64,000 bases of DNA from Felis catus (Eukaryota): NCBI RefSeq assembly GCF_018350175.1, contig NC_058368.1, positions 70,682,001-70,746,000 on the forward strand, read 5' to 3'. The notes under the pieces are model-generated. The model saw only the letters and a program-made list of their open reading frames with translations, ran no database searches and had not been told where the DNA came from. Made by a program: the position numbers and the translations under genes. Positions 41,491 through 53,886 of the stretch are shown one piece after another. How positions within the stretch are numbered: position 1 is the stretch's first letter; each line of letters begins with the position of its first letter.

Positions 41491-42519
41491 ACTTTAATGA
41501 ATCCAGGACAATCTAGCAGCCTGAGACAAGTAACTTGTCAGAACACTAAAAATATACCTATCTCTGGGGTAAATTTACATTAGCCACAGACACAGAAGTG
41601 CATGGATAAATAAAAATTATTAATGTATGTAATTCCAGAGGGGACAGAAAAGACAAATATAGAGACAGAAAGTAGATTTGTGGTTGCCTAGGGCTGTGTG
41701 TGGAAAAGGGGATTAAATGTCAACCGTCATCTTGTTGAGGAGATGGTCTAAATCTGTATTATGGTAATGATGGCATAACTCAGTAAATTTGCTAAAGATC
41801 ATTGAATTGTACACTTAAACTGAGTGAATCGCATGGTATGTAAATAATACTTCAATTAAGTTGTTAAAAGAAAACAACAGTAATCCCACAGAAGAACAAC
41901 TACTTGAATCCAGCAAACATTCTCTCTCCTAAGCAAACTACATGTGGAGCTACAATGTAAGCAGAAAGTTGGTTGGAGGGCATAAATTCAGAGTAAGTAG
42001 ACTTGGCTATATGATTAGAGTATGTTACTCTGTATCACAGAGACAAACCACTACCCATGTTGCAGATGTGGAATCTTTGGGCCAGGCCATTATTGTCTTC
42101 CCAAAGTTATGCTTGGGTGGTGTTTGCCTCTGTGACTTTCATTCTCCCAGGTTCTGCTGGCTGAATAATCTCTCTTCTGGTTTCAACTCCTATTTTAGCT
42201 TATAAATCAAGTCTTGTCCTGGGAACCATTCTTTCATCTTAAAACTTAAGATCTTTGATACCTTAGCTCTGAACTACTGTCACTTACCTTTATAGCCTAT
42301 TGTTCAGGGGCAGTTTTATTTCCAAGTTGCAGTATTTAGCTTGGGGAAGACGACCATGGATGATTCACTTTTTGTCCCTTGGCCTATCACAGTTTTATAT
42401 CAGAAATTGAAGGACAATGAGGTGATTTTTATCTTCTAGAAAATCCTGAAAGCCCATTCACTTAGAGGCATACAATTAGCAGAATACAGCTGTCCTTGCT
42501 GCAATTTGACATAGCCGTG

Positions 42520-42662
42520 CAGCCGCCAGATAAAATGCATGCATGTCCCAAGGAATATTTGGGATGTGCATGCACAAAAAAAAACCCACAAAAAAACAAA
42601 AAACTGTTCATCGTTAATCTGAAGCTAAAGTTTAACTAGGCACCCTGTACTTTTATTTGCGA
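42520..42662. mobile_element. Degenerate MER53-like fragment
   Basis: gccagataaaat...atgtcccaaggaatatttgggat...tttaactaggcaccctgtacttttatttgc. Confidence 0.6.
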
Positions 42663-42720
42663 GTAAATACATAGAAGCCGTGGGAAACTCAGAAAAACAG
42701 GCTGTCTAAATTACTTTGGC

Positions 42721-42742
42721 GGGGGGGGGGGGGGGGGGGGGG
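42721..42742 (+). repeat. Poly-G (22 nt)
   Basis: Uninterrupted G homopolymer. Confidence 0.95.
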
Positions 42743-42949
42743 AAGCCAGATATTAAGAGCCTTAAACGGGAGTCATCAAATGTCTCAGGGGCAAGGAGAA
42801 AATCAGCTGAGACTGAAGTATCAGTACTTCGAGAAAGGGAGCATCACAGTCAAAGGGAGGACAGAAGGAAAACTTTATTTCTTCCTAGTTTGTAATTGGA
42901 ATCTCTACTCAGGCTTTCTGCTTGACAAAGCCAACGAAAGCAGAGTCCC

Positions 42950-43450
42950 CAAGGCAGCGACTCCATTTTGTGGGCCGGACGAGGGGGTGGGGCGACCTGT
43001 CTAAGCCACGCCCCGGGTACCGCGCAGACACCGGAGCCAGGTAACCAAGGGAACCCCAGGGAAGGCGTTTCCGGGAGAGGCCGGATCCGGAAGTAAAGTG
43101 TCCGCTCCGTCCAGCGGCCGAGCCCCGCCGCCTGTCCTTCCACCGGGCGGGGCCGCGAGGGATGACGTGTCTGAACTCTGGAGGCGGAAGCCGGCAGGGG
43201 GTCGCCGGGGTAGGAGTTGGTGAGGTGCAGCCAGCTGGCCTTGCGCGTGCGCCGTCCGCGCTCTGGTCAGACAGGTTTGCGACTGGAGTCCGGAGGCCAG
43301 TTATTCAGGAAGGCTCCAGTTCTCCGGGTTTTTGGTAATGCTGAGTTCCGGGGGTTAAAGAGGCGGCGCGGTTTGGAGGAAAGAAGGTTGGAGACCTCCT
43401 TGAACCCCCGGACCACTGCGGCCTCAGCCTCGATTGACTGCAGCCCTCAT
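42950..43450. promoter_or_regulatory. Second, upstream CpG-rich promoter-like element
   Basis: Dense CpG; GC boxes (GGGGTGGGGCG ~42984, GCCACGCCCC ~43005, GGGCGGGGC 43145-43153); CCGGAAGT (43087-43094); GATGACGTGT (43161-43170). Not repeat-derived by eye. Confidence 0.7.
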
Positions 43451-43599
43451 TCCCCTTTCTTAGCTCTTGCAAAAGGTTAAATGCATCTGGAAAATCTGAG
43501 GTTTATTTCAGCGCTGAAAGCCTGCGATTCCAAATTCAGATTTAAAATTTCTTTTGTCCGGCCAGTCATGTAGTGTTTTCCACTTACTTGCTCCTTGTC

Positions 43600-44035
43600 T
43601 CCTTTACATGCCACACGCTCTTCTAGGAAGTAGAGACAAAGCCCCAACTCCCATGGAATTTACATGTAAATGGGGAGTGAGACAGTAAACATAAACACGT
43701 CAATTCCAGATAGTGACAAGAAGCATAGGGTGCTGGGGTTAAGCAGAAGGATTGAGGGATTTAAAATTTTTATAAGATAGCTCTTGACAAGAGTGGAAGC
43801 TGAGACACGAATTGCAGTAAGTAGTCCAGGGGATCTAAGATTTTGGCTTGGACTAGGGTGTGGCTGTGGACATGCAAAGGATTTAGCCTAGTTTAGCGGC
43901 TAGCAAGCAGAACTTGGACTGTATGTTGAGAGTGAGGGAATGAGACATTTAGGTTATCTCCCAGGTTTGGTTCCTTGAGCAAGGGGCAGCAGTACCATTT
44001 CCTGAGACAGGGAAAACTGGAAGAAGAAAGGTGGG
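43600..44035 (-). mobile_element. Degenerate L2 between the two CpG elements
   Basis: ggcttggactagggtgtggctgtgga...ctcccaggtttgg...gtaccatttcctgagacagggaaaactgga. Confidence 0.55.
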
Positions 44036-45559
44036 GGAGGGGGACGGGCAGTGAGATAGTAACGGTCAAGGAAAAGTAAAAGGTAGTGAATAAGTGTTAC
44101 TTTCCATTCCCTCTCCTTTCTAAATGGAGAACATCTGTTTCCTCTTACATTGGAAATCTCCGTAATGCCAAGTATAGAATATAATAAACACCATTCCCTA
44201 GCTCAAAGTAGATGCTCAACAAATTTGTTGATTGATTTGCTGGAGGAAGAGGGTGCAGAGGAATAATGGCCACTGTTTAGGTCCCTGCTAGCGTGGCTTT
44301 TGTTATAAAAATGGCTGCCATTTTTCTGTGCCAAGCAGTGTGCTCAACTTTTAACAAACATTTTTTTTTTCACTTAATTTTCAAAAAAACCTTAAGAAGA
44401 TGGACATTCTTTTCTCCCTGCTTTCCAGTTCTACTACCTGGGACTTGATTGACTTGCTGAAGGTCACATCAACTAGGAAGTAGTATGCCCGCTGGAGTCC
44501 TTAGTGCAAGCTGCCTTTGCAAACAAGAATTTTATCTTTCCTTGTTCTGGTTACTCCACAGTACAGAACAGTGTTTCTTAGCCTTTTTTGTAGAGTCGTA
44601 GATTCCTTTGAAAATTTAATGAAGTTGTAAACTTTACGGGGAGGAAACGTGCCAAGTCACAAGAATTTGAATACAATTGCAAGGGGCTCCACACTTCTGA
44701 ATTGCCCAGGTAGCAAACTTGCCCATTCTTGAGCTGGAGATACTACCGGTTTGGATTCCTTGCTATATAGTCTAAGTTGATGCACTCTTACAAAGTATTT
44801 TCTTTTTCTTAATGTTTTATTTATTTTTGAGAGAGAGCGCGCAAGCGGGGGGAGGGGGGCAGAGAGAGTGAAGGAAGATTGGAAGCAGGTTCTGCGCGGT
44901 CAGCAGGGAGCCTGAGGTGGGGCTCGAACCCACAAACCATAAGATCACCAAAAGCAAGTTGCTCCTTGAAAAATACTCACACCCCCAACACACGCAAATG
45001 CAGAAGTTCACATACAAACACGGATATCGTGTCAGGTCAATAAGTGACAGAAACTTGCTTTAGGGTGGTCATACCAGATTGCTATTTCACTTTCCTAATT
45101 AAACTTTTGCCCCCCGTCTTCCTTTGCAAGGAAATGCCAACACTACCTTCTTCTGTTCGCCTACTCCCATTTTTCTCCCCACCTCATTTCCACTCATCTT
45201 TAAAGTGATCTTGTTCATTCTGTGTAATCACTGTCCCACACAAGAATGTCCCATGGCATCCAATACTTGGAACCTGTCCGTGCAAACACCTGAATAACTA
45301 TTTGAGACTTTCTGGCTAGTTTTTCCCCATTTGTTTCCTTAGCCTGCTCCCAACCAGGTGTCTCCCAAACTTCTTCCCGCCTCCATTAGCAAGTACTTTC
45401 TGAAGCACCAAGTCTGTAACAGGAATGCCGCGGGCAGTGTGGTGAGGAAGCCTGAAGATACGGGAAATTGAGCTAAGGCAGCTAGCTGGGGCGCCAGCCC
45501 GACAAGTGGGATGCTCCTGGACACCCCCAAGAGAGCACTAAATCGGAATTTGGGATGGG

Positions 45560-46400
45560 ACCGAGAACGCGGAAGCAAGCAACCACCTACTCGGCCCCCT
45601 GAAAACCTGGAAAGTGGATTTCCTCCACGATCCCTCCCGGAAACTCCTCGGGGCGCTTGCGGCCCCTTTCACTGAGCATGTGCAGGCGGCGTTGCGCATG
45701 CTCTATCGAGCTCCGGTTCGGTTTCTGTTGCGGGACCCGCGGTGTTTCCTAGCGCAACCGGAACTGTCCATCGCGGGCCCGGCCTCCTTCAGCTCCCGCG
45801 GTCTTGTAGTCGTCTCCGAGCCTCCGCGTCCCTCCTTCCCTCTTCACCCCCTCAGCTCGGCTGCCCTTTCCCCGAAACAGCCGTCATGAGCGCGAGGCTG
45901 CCGGCGTTGTCTCCACCTCGGTGGTCGGGGCTGTTGCTGCTGTCGCTGCTGCTGGGGGCGGCCCCAGGCCCGCGTCCGGGCGCCGCCTTCTACCTGCCCG
46001 GCCTGGCGCCCGTCAACTTCTGCGACGAAGAAAAAAAGAGCGACGAGTGCAAGGTGGGTGAGGCCTGGCGGACCTTGAGTGCTCTGACCGAAGGGGAGGT
46101 CACCCTTACCCGGGGAGCTGGGTTCCGAGGGAAGGGGGCGTAGCTGGGAGGGGGTCAAGTGTCCCGAGAAGCGCTTGGGGTCGCCCCGGCCCTAGGTCGG
46201 AGGTTCTGGAACGGCCTTTTGGTTGATAGATTCTGCGGGACTCCGTGGGCCTCAGGCTCGCCTCCCGTCTAGAGAACCAGGTAGCGCGAGCCGCTGTATT
46301 CCGTTTGCCTGGAAACGGGGACTATGTATATATGGCGCTCCCTGTGAGTTGGGTGCTTGCGGGTCAGCAAGCGTTCCACGAATGAGTGTTCGCTCACAGC
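45560..46400 (+). promoter_or_regulatory. TM9SF2: TM9SF2 CpG-island promoter and 5' UTR
   Basis: GC- and CpG-rich, no obvious TATA box. NRF1-like TGCGCATGCTC (45693-45703) and TGAGCATGTGCA (45673-45684); ETS-like CCGGAA cores; reverse ACTACAA (45804-45810). Confidence 0.85.
45886..46053 (+). CDS. TM9SF2: TM9SF2 coding exon 1 (signal peptide and start of luminal domain)
   Basis: ATG in good Kozak context (gccgtcATG). Translates MSARLPALSPPRWSGLLLLSLLLGAAPGPRPGAAFYLPGLAPVNFCDEEKKSDECK; the FYLPGLAPVNF motif is the nonaspanin/TM9SF mature N-terminus. Donor AAG|GTGGGT; 168 nt, phase 0. Confidence 0.97.
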
Positions 46401-48094
46401 CCTATGTCCAGGTTTTCCAGTTACTTTTTATTTAATTGCTTCCGGTTTTATTCTACTTTCCTGGAACTCCTGGTTGGTTTTGAGAGCTTGTTTCTTTCTG
46501 AGACTTTGATATTTTAACTTCACGCTTAGCAGATGATTCGTTACTTGTGAATTGTAACAACTGCATTAATAAAGAGTTGCGGTAATGGTTGAGACCGATA
46601 ATTTCTATCTCTTAAGTTAAAAAACATTTTTTAGTATAAAACAATTTGTAAGATCCCACTATTTAGTTTCTCTGAGATTGTTTTAAACACTTCACAGAAG
46701 CAGAGGACAGGAGAAACTGGTGTTTTCTTCGTAGGGCAAAATCTTGAAAACTTTGATCTCTTACGACGTTTACTCTAGGTTTTCAGTTTAACTGGTAGTG
46801 AAAGAGGCATAAGTAACTTCCTTTTAGATTATTCGGTATAGAGCATGACAGTATATATACATAACACAATTATTTTAAGTTGCTAACGCCATTGGGGCAT
46901 GAGGATCTCTAAAACCATTTATAATTTTAACAATTCAAATAATCATTCAGCAAACTTTTACAGTCTATAAATAGGTTTATTTACTAAGTTTGATTTTATT
47001 TTTAAAAGCTGGTGTTTATTTTATTACTACTAGTTTTACTGTAGCTGTGAATTTCAAGCATATTTTAGGGCATTAAATAAGCTATTAAGTTTTTCATAGC
47101 ATTTTACAGTTTCAGTTTTAAAATCTTGTGTCTCTAAAAATGTCTAAGGATCTTTAATGTTTATTCAAGTTGACAGTTACCACTTGCATTCTGTAACTTT
47201 CATGCCCTGCAGTGCAAGAGGCTTTCACTCTTTGGAGTAATGACTGAAAGAATATATATAGTGCTTACGAGTGGAAAAGAGAACTAGTCTTGAAAGCACA
47301 CTGGTTTTTCCATTAAATATTTTAGTAACCAACCTTTAAAACCTAGTGTTTGGTCTTTAAATTTAAATTTAACAGCAATCCTGTATTGTATTCCTAGTGC
47401 CTTAGAGACAAAAAATGTATCCCTGTCTTCTAGGGACCTCAAAGTAAAGGGCATAAGCTTATGAACAGATTATTGAAATCTGATATGTTACAAAAGATGT
47501 ATGTCCAAAGTGCTTTAAAACACAAATGACGAAACATCTGTGGATTGGAGTCTTTAGGGAGGAAGTGACATTTGAGATGGACTTCAGAAAATGAATATGA
47601 CTGAAATTTACAGTTGGTTTGCCACTTAGATTTTTGTTTTCTCAATAGGACCTTCTTAGGTCCTACTTTTAGGACCTTAGTACTTAAAAGTAGCTACTTT
47701 TAAGTTAACTTTTGATTAATTTCAGGGAGTCCTTTGGGATTTTTAATTTTCAAAGCTACAGGGATAAAACAAGTCAAAACAATTTTTTTTTTTTTTCTGA
47801 AGCGTTTGGATTTCGTCTTTGTTGCCAGCTGCTCTCACATCTTGGTCAAAGGAAACTATTCTTAGGAGAGCAGAAAGATGTACCTTTTGCACTTTTTTTC
47901 CTACAATTTGACTAACTGGGATGGAGAATTTGAAGTAAACTTCAGTATATCTTCTTGTTGCCTCTCAAAGGAGAAAAACAGTAAATAATTCAAATTTTCA
48001 TTACTTCATTCAGGGTATTTACAGTTTTTTTCTCATCTAGTCCATATTTAAAGAGGACAGTCACGTATATACTGTTGAGAAAAGCTGAAGGGAA

Positions 48095-51000
48095 TTTTGG
48101 GGGGTGTGGGGGGAGAGTGCAAGCGGGGAAGGAGCAGAGAGAGGGGACAGAGATCCAAAGTGGGCTCTGTGCTGACAGGCTGACAGCAGTGAGCCTGATG
48201 TGGGGCTCGAACTCATGAGCCGGGAGATCATGACCTGAGCTGAAGTTGGATGCTCAACCCACTGAGCCACCCAGGTGCCCTGGGAATTATTTTTAAAATA
48301 AATAATGAAAAGTAAAATGTTGTGGATGGGAAAAATTATTTTCAGAAGATGCTGTTAGAATAGGGAATCAGGAGTTAGATGAATTGGGTAGGACACTGAT
48401 ACTTTTCCTATCATTTTTTTCCATCTGTAGAATAGGGATAATCTTACTTGATTATTATATATTTCCCTTGAAAAGTATTTTGCATTTGTTCGAGAAAACA
48501 CATATTTATTAGTTGTGATATTATAAAATGTTTATAAATATAGAGATGAAACAAGTATATCTTTAGCATATGTAATTTTGGTAGTGTAGTCATATTTACA
48601 GTGTCCTCCATTCAGCTCACTATGTACATTATTGAGAGACATTCAAAAGAACCCTGAGGATTTGGTCATTTTCTTCTCCCAAAATTATTGTATATTCAAT
48701 TTACTGACAGAAATAGGAGTCCAGTGAACATAAAATTCTATTTATGATGCTCTAACTTCTGATTTATGATCTTTATAAGCCATCGTAAATACTGTGACTG
48801 TGTTCTGGTGGGTTCCTTTTTTTTTTTTTTTTTAACTTACTATGATTATACGTATGTACATTTGAATATCAACATAGTACACATTCTTACTGGTTTTTAT
48901 TGACCATATAGTATTTTATTCTATTACTGTGCTGTGGTTTGTTTAACCATTTCTTGCCTGTAGGGCATTGAGATTGGTCCCAATTTTTTTCCTTATAAAT
49001 AACTTTGCTAGAGTATATTTAGCAGGAATTACTTGCATATTCCCAAAAATAAAATTACTAGGTCAAAGGCAAGAAGCAATTTTATAGCTCTATTTAATAT
49101 TGCCAGATTTCTTTCAAAAAAGATAGGTTTGATTTATATGCCTTTAGCTAAATGATTCCCTGGATCTCCACAATATTTTATCATTTTTATTTATCATTTT
49201 ATTAACTATATGATGGTACTGAAAGCATTTTTTTAAGTATTTATTAGAGAGAGAGAGAGCACAAGCAGTGTAGGGGCAGAGGGAGAGAGAATCCCAGGGA
49301 GGCTCCATGTTGTCAGCTCAAAGCCTGACTTTGGGGCTTGATCCCACAAACCCTGAGATCATGACCTGGGCTGAATTTGAGTCAGATTCTCAACTGACGT
49401 AGCCACCCAGGCACCCTGGTACTGGAAACATTTTTATTTTTTAATTTTTTTAATTTTTTAACATTTATTTTTGAGAGAGAGAGACAGAGACAGTGTGAGA
49501 GGGGGAGGGGCAGAGCCTGCGCTATAGACCAAAATGAGTATGTGGGAGTAATTAGTCAAGTGATACTAAATTATATAAACAGAAGACTAACATGATATCT
49601 TCAATAAAATTTTCCTGATTTGTGGAGTTATTCAAAATACACTTAACAGTAGATTTAGAGGGAGCCAGTGAATGTAATTTCTAAAATTTTGACAAGATTG
49701 TCTTTTAAAAAGATTAAATTGGAATTTAAACTGGTATGGGTTAGCTTGGGCAGAGTAGGCTAGGCAGTAAATTCATGGGGAATGGTGAAATCCGTGGGAG
49801 ATAGAGACAGACTTCCAGGACAAGTGCCTGAGGCCTATTTGGATCTTAAATTTAGCAAAGAGAATGCACGTGAGATGTTTTAATGTGCCAGCAGTATTAA
49901 GTTGCCATGTGTAACACACTGTAAAGTCAATGGAACTGTATTTCCTGGAGTGCTCTTAAATCTAAGCAAAGAGTGGAGCGCCTGGGTGGCTCAGTCAGTT
50001 AAGCATCCGGTGTTGGCTTAGGCCCATCTCACCACTTGTGAGTTCAAGCCCCGCATCGGGCTCTCTGCTGTCAATGCAAGCCCCGCATCTGGCTTTCTGC
50101 TGTCAGTGCGGAACCCACTTCGGACCCTCTGTCCATCTCTCTCTGCCCCTCCTACGCTGGCATTCTGTCTCTCTCTCAAAAATAAATAAACATTTAAAAA
50201 AAGAGATGGGGCACCTGGGTGGCTCAGTCGGTTGAGCGTCCGACTTCGGCTCAGGTCATGATCTCACGGTTGGTGGGTTCGGGTCCCACGTTAGGCTCTG
50301 TGCTGACGGCTCAGAACCTGGAGTCTGCTTCAGATTCTATTCTGTGTCTCCCTCTCTCTCTGTCCCTCCCCTGTTCACACTCTGTCTCTCTTTCAAAAAT
50401 AAATAAACATAAAAAATTTTTAAAGAAAATAATAAAATAAAAAATAAAAGAGAGCAAAAAGTAAATTAATTTGGTCATGGACAAGTTAAAAAGGTATACT
50501 TTAAGAAAATCAAATAATATATTTTTGAGATGATGAGTTGTGAGCTATCATTTATAGAACATGGGAAAGAGATGAAGAATGTCATTGAAGCATTTATGCT
50601 TATGGCCAAAAGGCTAATGAAAAACAATGTCATTCTATGTATACATGACACTTTGATGTCTAAACCTTGAATTCTGCCTGTAATTCTTTTTTCTTTTTTA
50701 ATGTTTATTTCTGAGGGAGAGAGAGAGACCGAGTGTGAGCAGGGGAGGGGCAGAGAGAGGGGGAGACACAGAATCCAAAGCAGGCTCCAGGGTCTGAGCC
50801 ATCAGCACAGAGCCCGACACGGGGCTCAAACCCACACACCGGGAGATCATGACCTGAGCCGAAGTCAGATGCTTAACTGACTGAGCCACCCAGGTGCCCC
50901 TCTGCCTGTAATTCTTAATGACATACCTTTTAAGAAAGATACGAGAGTAGGGTGAGGTCCTGAGAAAAGCAGCTGGCATGATCAAGGAGATAATTGAAAG

Positions 51001-52337
51001 GATTAAGACCTTTCTGTTTTGAAAGATTAATACTCAAAGGAGATAGGAGAAAGTCAGAAAATGAAAATAGGGTTTTCCCTCACTGTATAATCCTGTAGCC
51101 AAAAGATGTGTCATGAAACTTCAGAGTGAACGTCATAGGCTAAGCAAAAATTCTTGTCTCATCCATTGAGTAGAAATGGAAGAAAATTTTACCCTAAATT
51201 TATATGCCCTTGGACAGTGTCCTGAAATTTTTCACATGGCAACAGCTCTTTGGATCCTATGCCCTATTTTGGGTTCTCTAAGATGTTAATTTATGGAATA
51301 TCGAAAAATAGCTAGAAAGCAGAGCTCAAAGGTTGTCCAGTCCAGTGTGCAGACTGCTTTTATAGGGCCCTTGAGCTAAGAATTGCATTTATATTTTTAA
51401 GTGATTGGAAAAATTTGAAAGAATAATATTTAGTGATGAATGAAAATTACATGACAATCGAATTTCAGTGCCCATAAATAAAATTTCATTGGGCTACAGC
51501 CGCACTCATTTCACCTGTGTAACATCTGTGGCTGCTTTCATGCTGTACATTGGCAGAGACTGTAAACTTCAAAGCCTAACGTGATTACTCTCTGGCCCTT
51601 TAAGAAGTTTACTGATCTTGGGGGCATCTGGGTGGCTCAGCTGGTTAAGCATCTGATTTCAGCTCAGGTCATGGTCTCCTGGTCAGGAGTTCGAGCCCCC
51701 CTGCATCAGGCTCTGTGCTGGCAGCTCAGCGCCTGGAGCTTGCTTCGGATTCTGTTTCCCTCTCTCTAACCCTCCCCTACTCACACTGTCTCTATCTCAA
51801 AGAATGAATAAACATTACAAAAAAAAAAAAGTTTGCTGATCTCTAGGATAGACTAACAACTTTAGAGTTAATTTTTAGGCAAAGAAAAGATTGTAGTGAT
51901 TAGAGTAAAAAATAATAAGTATATGAAAAGGGCATATAAATGTTACTAAGCAGCATTTCTTTATGTTACTGTGCTTTCTGGTACAGCAGCCATTAGCCTC
52001 CTGTGACTTTTCAAACATAATTAAACAATTCAGTCCTTTAACCCTGCTAACCACATTTTAAGTGACAAATGGCCATGTGTGTATTTGACAGTGCAGATAA
52101 GAATATTTCCATCATTGGGGCGCCTGGGTGGCTCAGTAGGTTAAGCGTTCAACTCTTGATTTTGGCTCAGGTCACAATATCATGGTAGTGAGATTGAGCC
52201 CTGAGTAGTGCTCCATGCTGACAGTGTGGAGCCTGCTTAGGATTTTCTCTCTCCCCTCTCTCTCTCTGCCCCTTCCCTGCTCTTTCTCAAATAAAATAAA
52301 CTTAAAAAGAAAATAGTAAAGTTAAAAAAAAAAAAAA
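48095..52337. mobile_element. Intron 1 Can-SINEs: ~48095-48280 (-), 49230-49416 (-), 49435-49516 (- stub), 49974-50203 (+), 50207-50450 (+), 50690-50900 (-), 51620-51830 (+), 52116-52337 (+)
   Basis: Can-SINE consensus phrases; TSD aagaatatttccatc around the last copy. Confidence 0.9.
51335..51618. mobile_element. MER58-like hAT-Charlie DNA transposon fossil
   Basis: gagctaagaat...aatttcagtgcccataaataaaat...tctggccctttaagaagtttactgatc. Confidence 0.65.
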
Positions 52338-52399
52338 GAATATTTCCATCCTTCTTTAAAGTCCTGTTGGGCATTGCTGCATAATAGTGACTACTTAGT

Positions 52400-53475
52400 A
52401 TTTTGTACCAAGTACTGCTCTGGAATCTTCTTAAAACAGCTTGAAGCAGGAGTTATTTTTACTTCCATTCTACAAATGAGAAAACTGAGTTAAGTGAAGA
52501 AACTTACCCAGGATCACATAGCTAGTAAACGTCATTTTCAGGATTTAAACTCAGGCAGCGTAGCTTCAAAGTCCCTGCTCTCGATCACTTTGTACTGAAT
52601 GAAGTTGAAAGTAAGGAATAGGTTTAATTGTGGCACAAGGGATTCAACTTCCGTGGTGAAAATGTGGCTCTACAGATTTTGAAACTGAAAACCTAGTAAG
52701 TTCTATAGAATATAATAGCTGCGTTTCTTCCTAAAAAGAAATCTAGAAATGTGAACTGGATTAGCTTTTTAGGGATCTTTCAGTCTTCATTAAGATACAT
52801 TAAATAGAATGCTTAGATTTTCAAGTATCTTCATAGCAGTGTTGATCTCTTATAATTAGTGAAAATTATTTGGGCAGAGTAAGCCATCAACTGGGAAATT
52901 TGCCTTCACAACAGTTAGGTTTAGGTATATTTGTGTTAATTATTCAAGCATTCTGTAATGCTTAAATGTCATGTCCCATTATCTTCTTAGCTAAAATTTA
53001 AACCAATGATAAAGAATGTTTTATGCAAGGACACACAGTTAAATTTTTTGTGTATGTTTGAGACAGTGTTGCCACTGAGTAATTTCATTTCCTTATAATT
53101 TTAGGGATTGAATATGATACTGTTTTCACTACTATATACGAAGACTAATGTTTTATCTTCCATTGTATATTAGGAATATCGGGTGAGCATTTATTTTGGC
53201 AAAAGAGCAGTGTAGTTTAGGCATCTCCTATTCTGAATATCATTAAATTCATTTGCTTTTATTCACTTAACAAATATATAGCACTTCATGTTTTAGGCAC
53301 TGTTTTTAAGTACTTTATAAATGTAAACTCATTTAATCCTCATACCTCTATGAGGTAAATGCTGTATCCCCATTTTGCAGATAAGGAAACTGAGATGTTA
53401 AATAACTTGATCAAATAGTAAGTGCTGGGATTTGAACCCAGGCAAACTGGCCCTAGAGTCTGTATCCTTTGCTTT
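52400..53475. mobile_element. MIR copies at ~52400-52590 and ~53270-53475
   Basis: MIR core cccattttgcagataaggaaactgag and ctgggatttgaacccaggca. Confidence 0.7.
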
Positions 53476-53886
53476 TCCAGTGGCAGTGTATTATTTGTAC
53501 AAACTACATCAAACATCTTGTCTCACCTTTGGGATATTAACAAGTATAGAGGACTGCTTAACAGTACCAGTGAACAAGATCAAAGTGACAAATGTGGTTT
53601 TATGCCATTCCAGGTAGCCCCATGATTAGAGTCCAGAGACAGCCATAGCAGTCTAACTCTATTAATATACTTATCCAAGGTAAACAGCTCCTATGTAAAT
53701 GTTTTTTGGTTAGCACGTAAAGCACTTCAGGGCATAAATTACTTACTGGCTTCTTCAACTTCAACTAAAGAATTCTGTCATGAATTGCAGTGAGCCCCTA
53801 TTGAGAGTGGATATGTATTTTGGGTTCTGCAGAACTTCAAATATATCTTGGAGACATTTGGGGAGCTTCAGTAGGAAGTATGGCTT

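Noticed and set aside
45742..45885. GTG-initiated N-terminal extension of TM9SF2
   Set aside because: An open frame is expected in GC-rich UTR; the ATG at 45886 begins a normal signal peptide matching the known N-terminus.
45844..46158. Antisense Gln/Arg-rich ORF over exon 1
   Set aside because: Mirror of the CTG-rich leucine codons in GC-rich DNA; no independent support.
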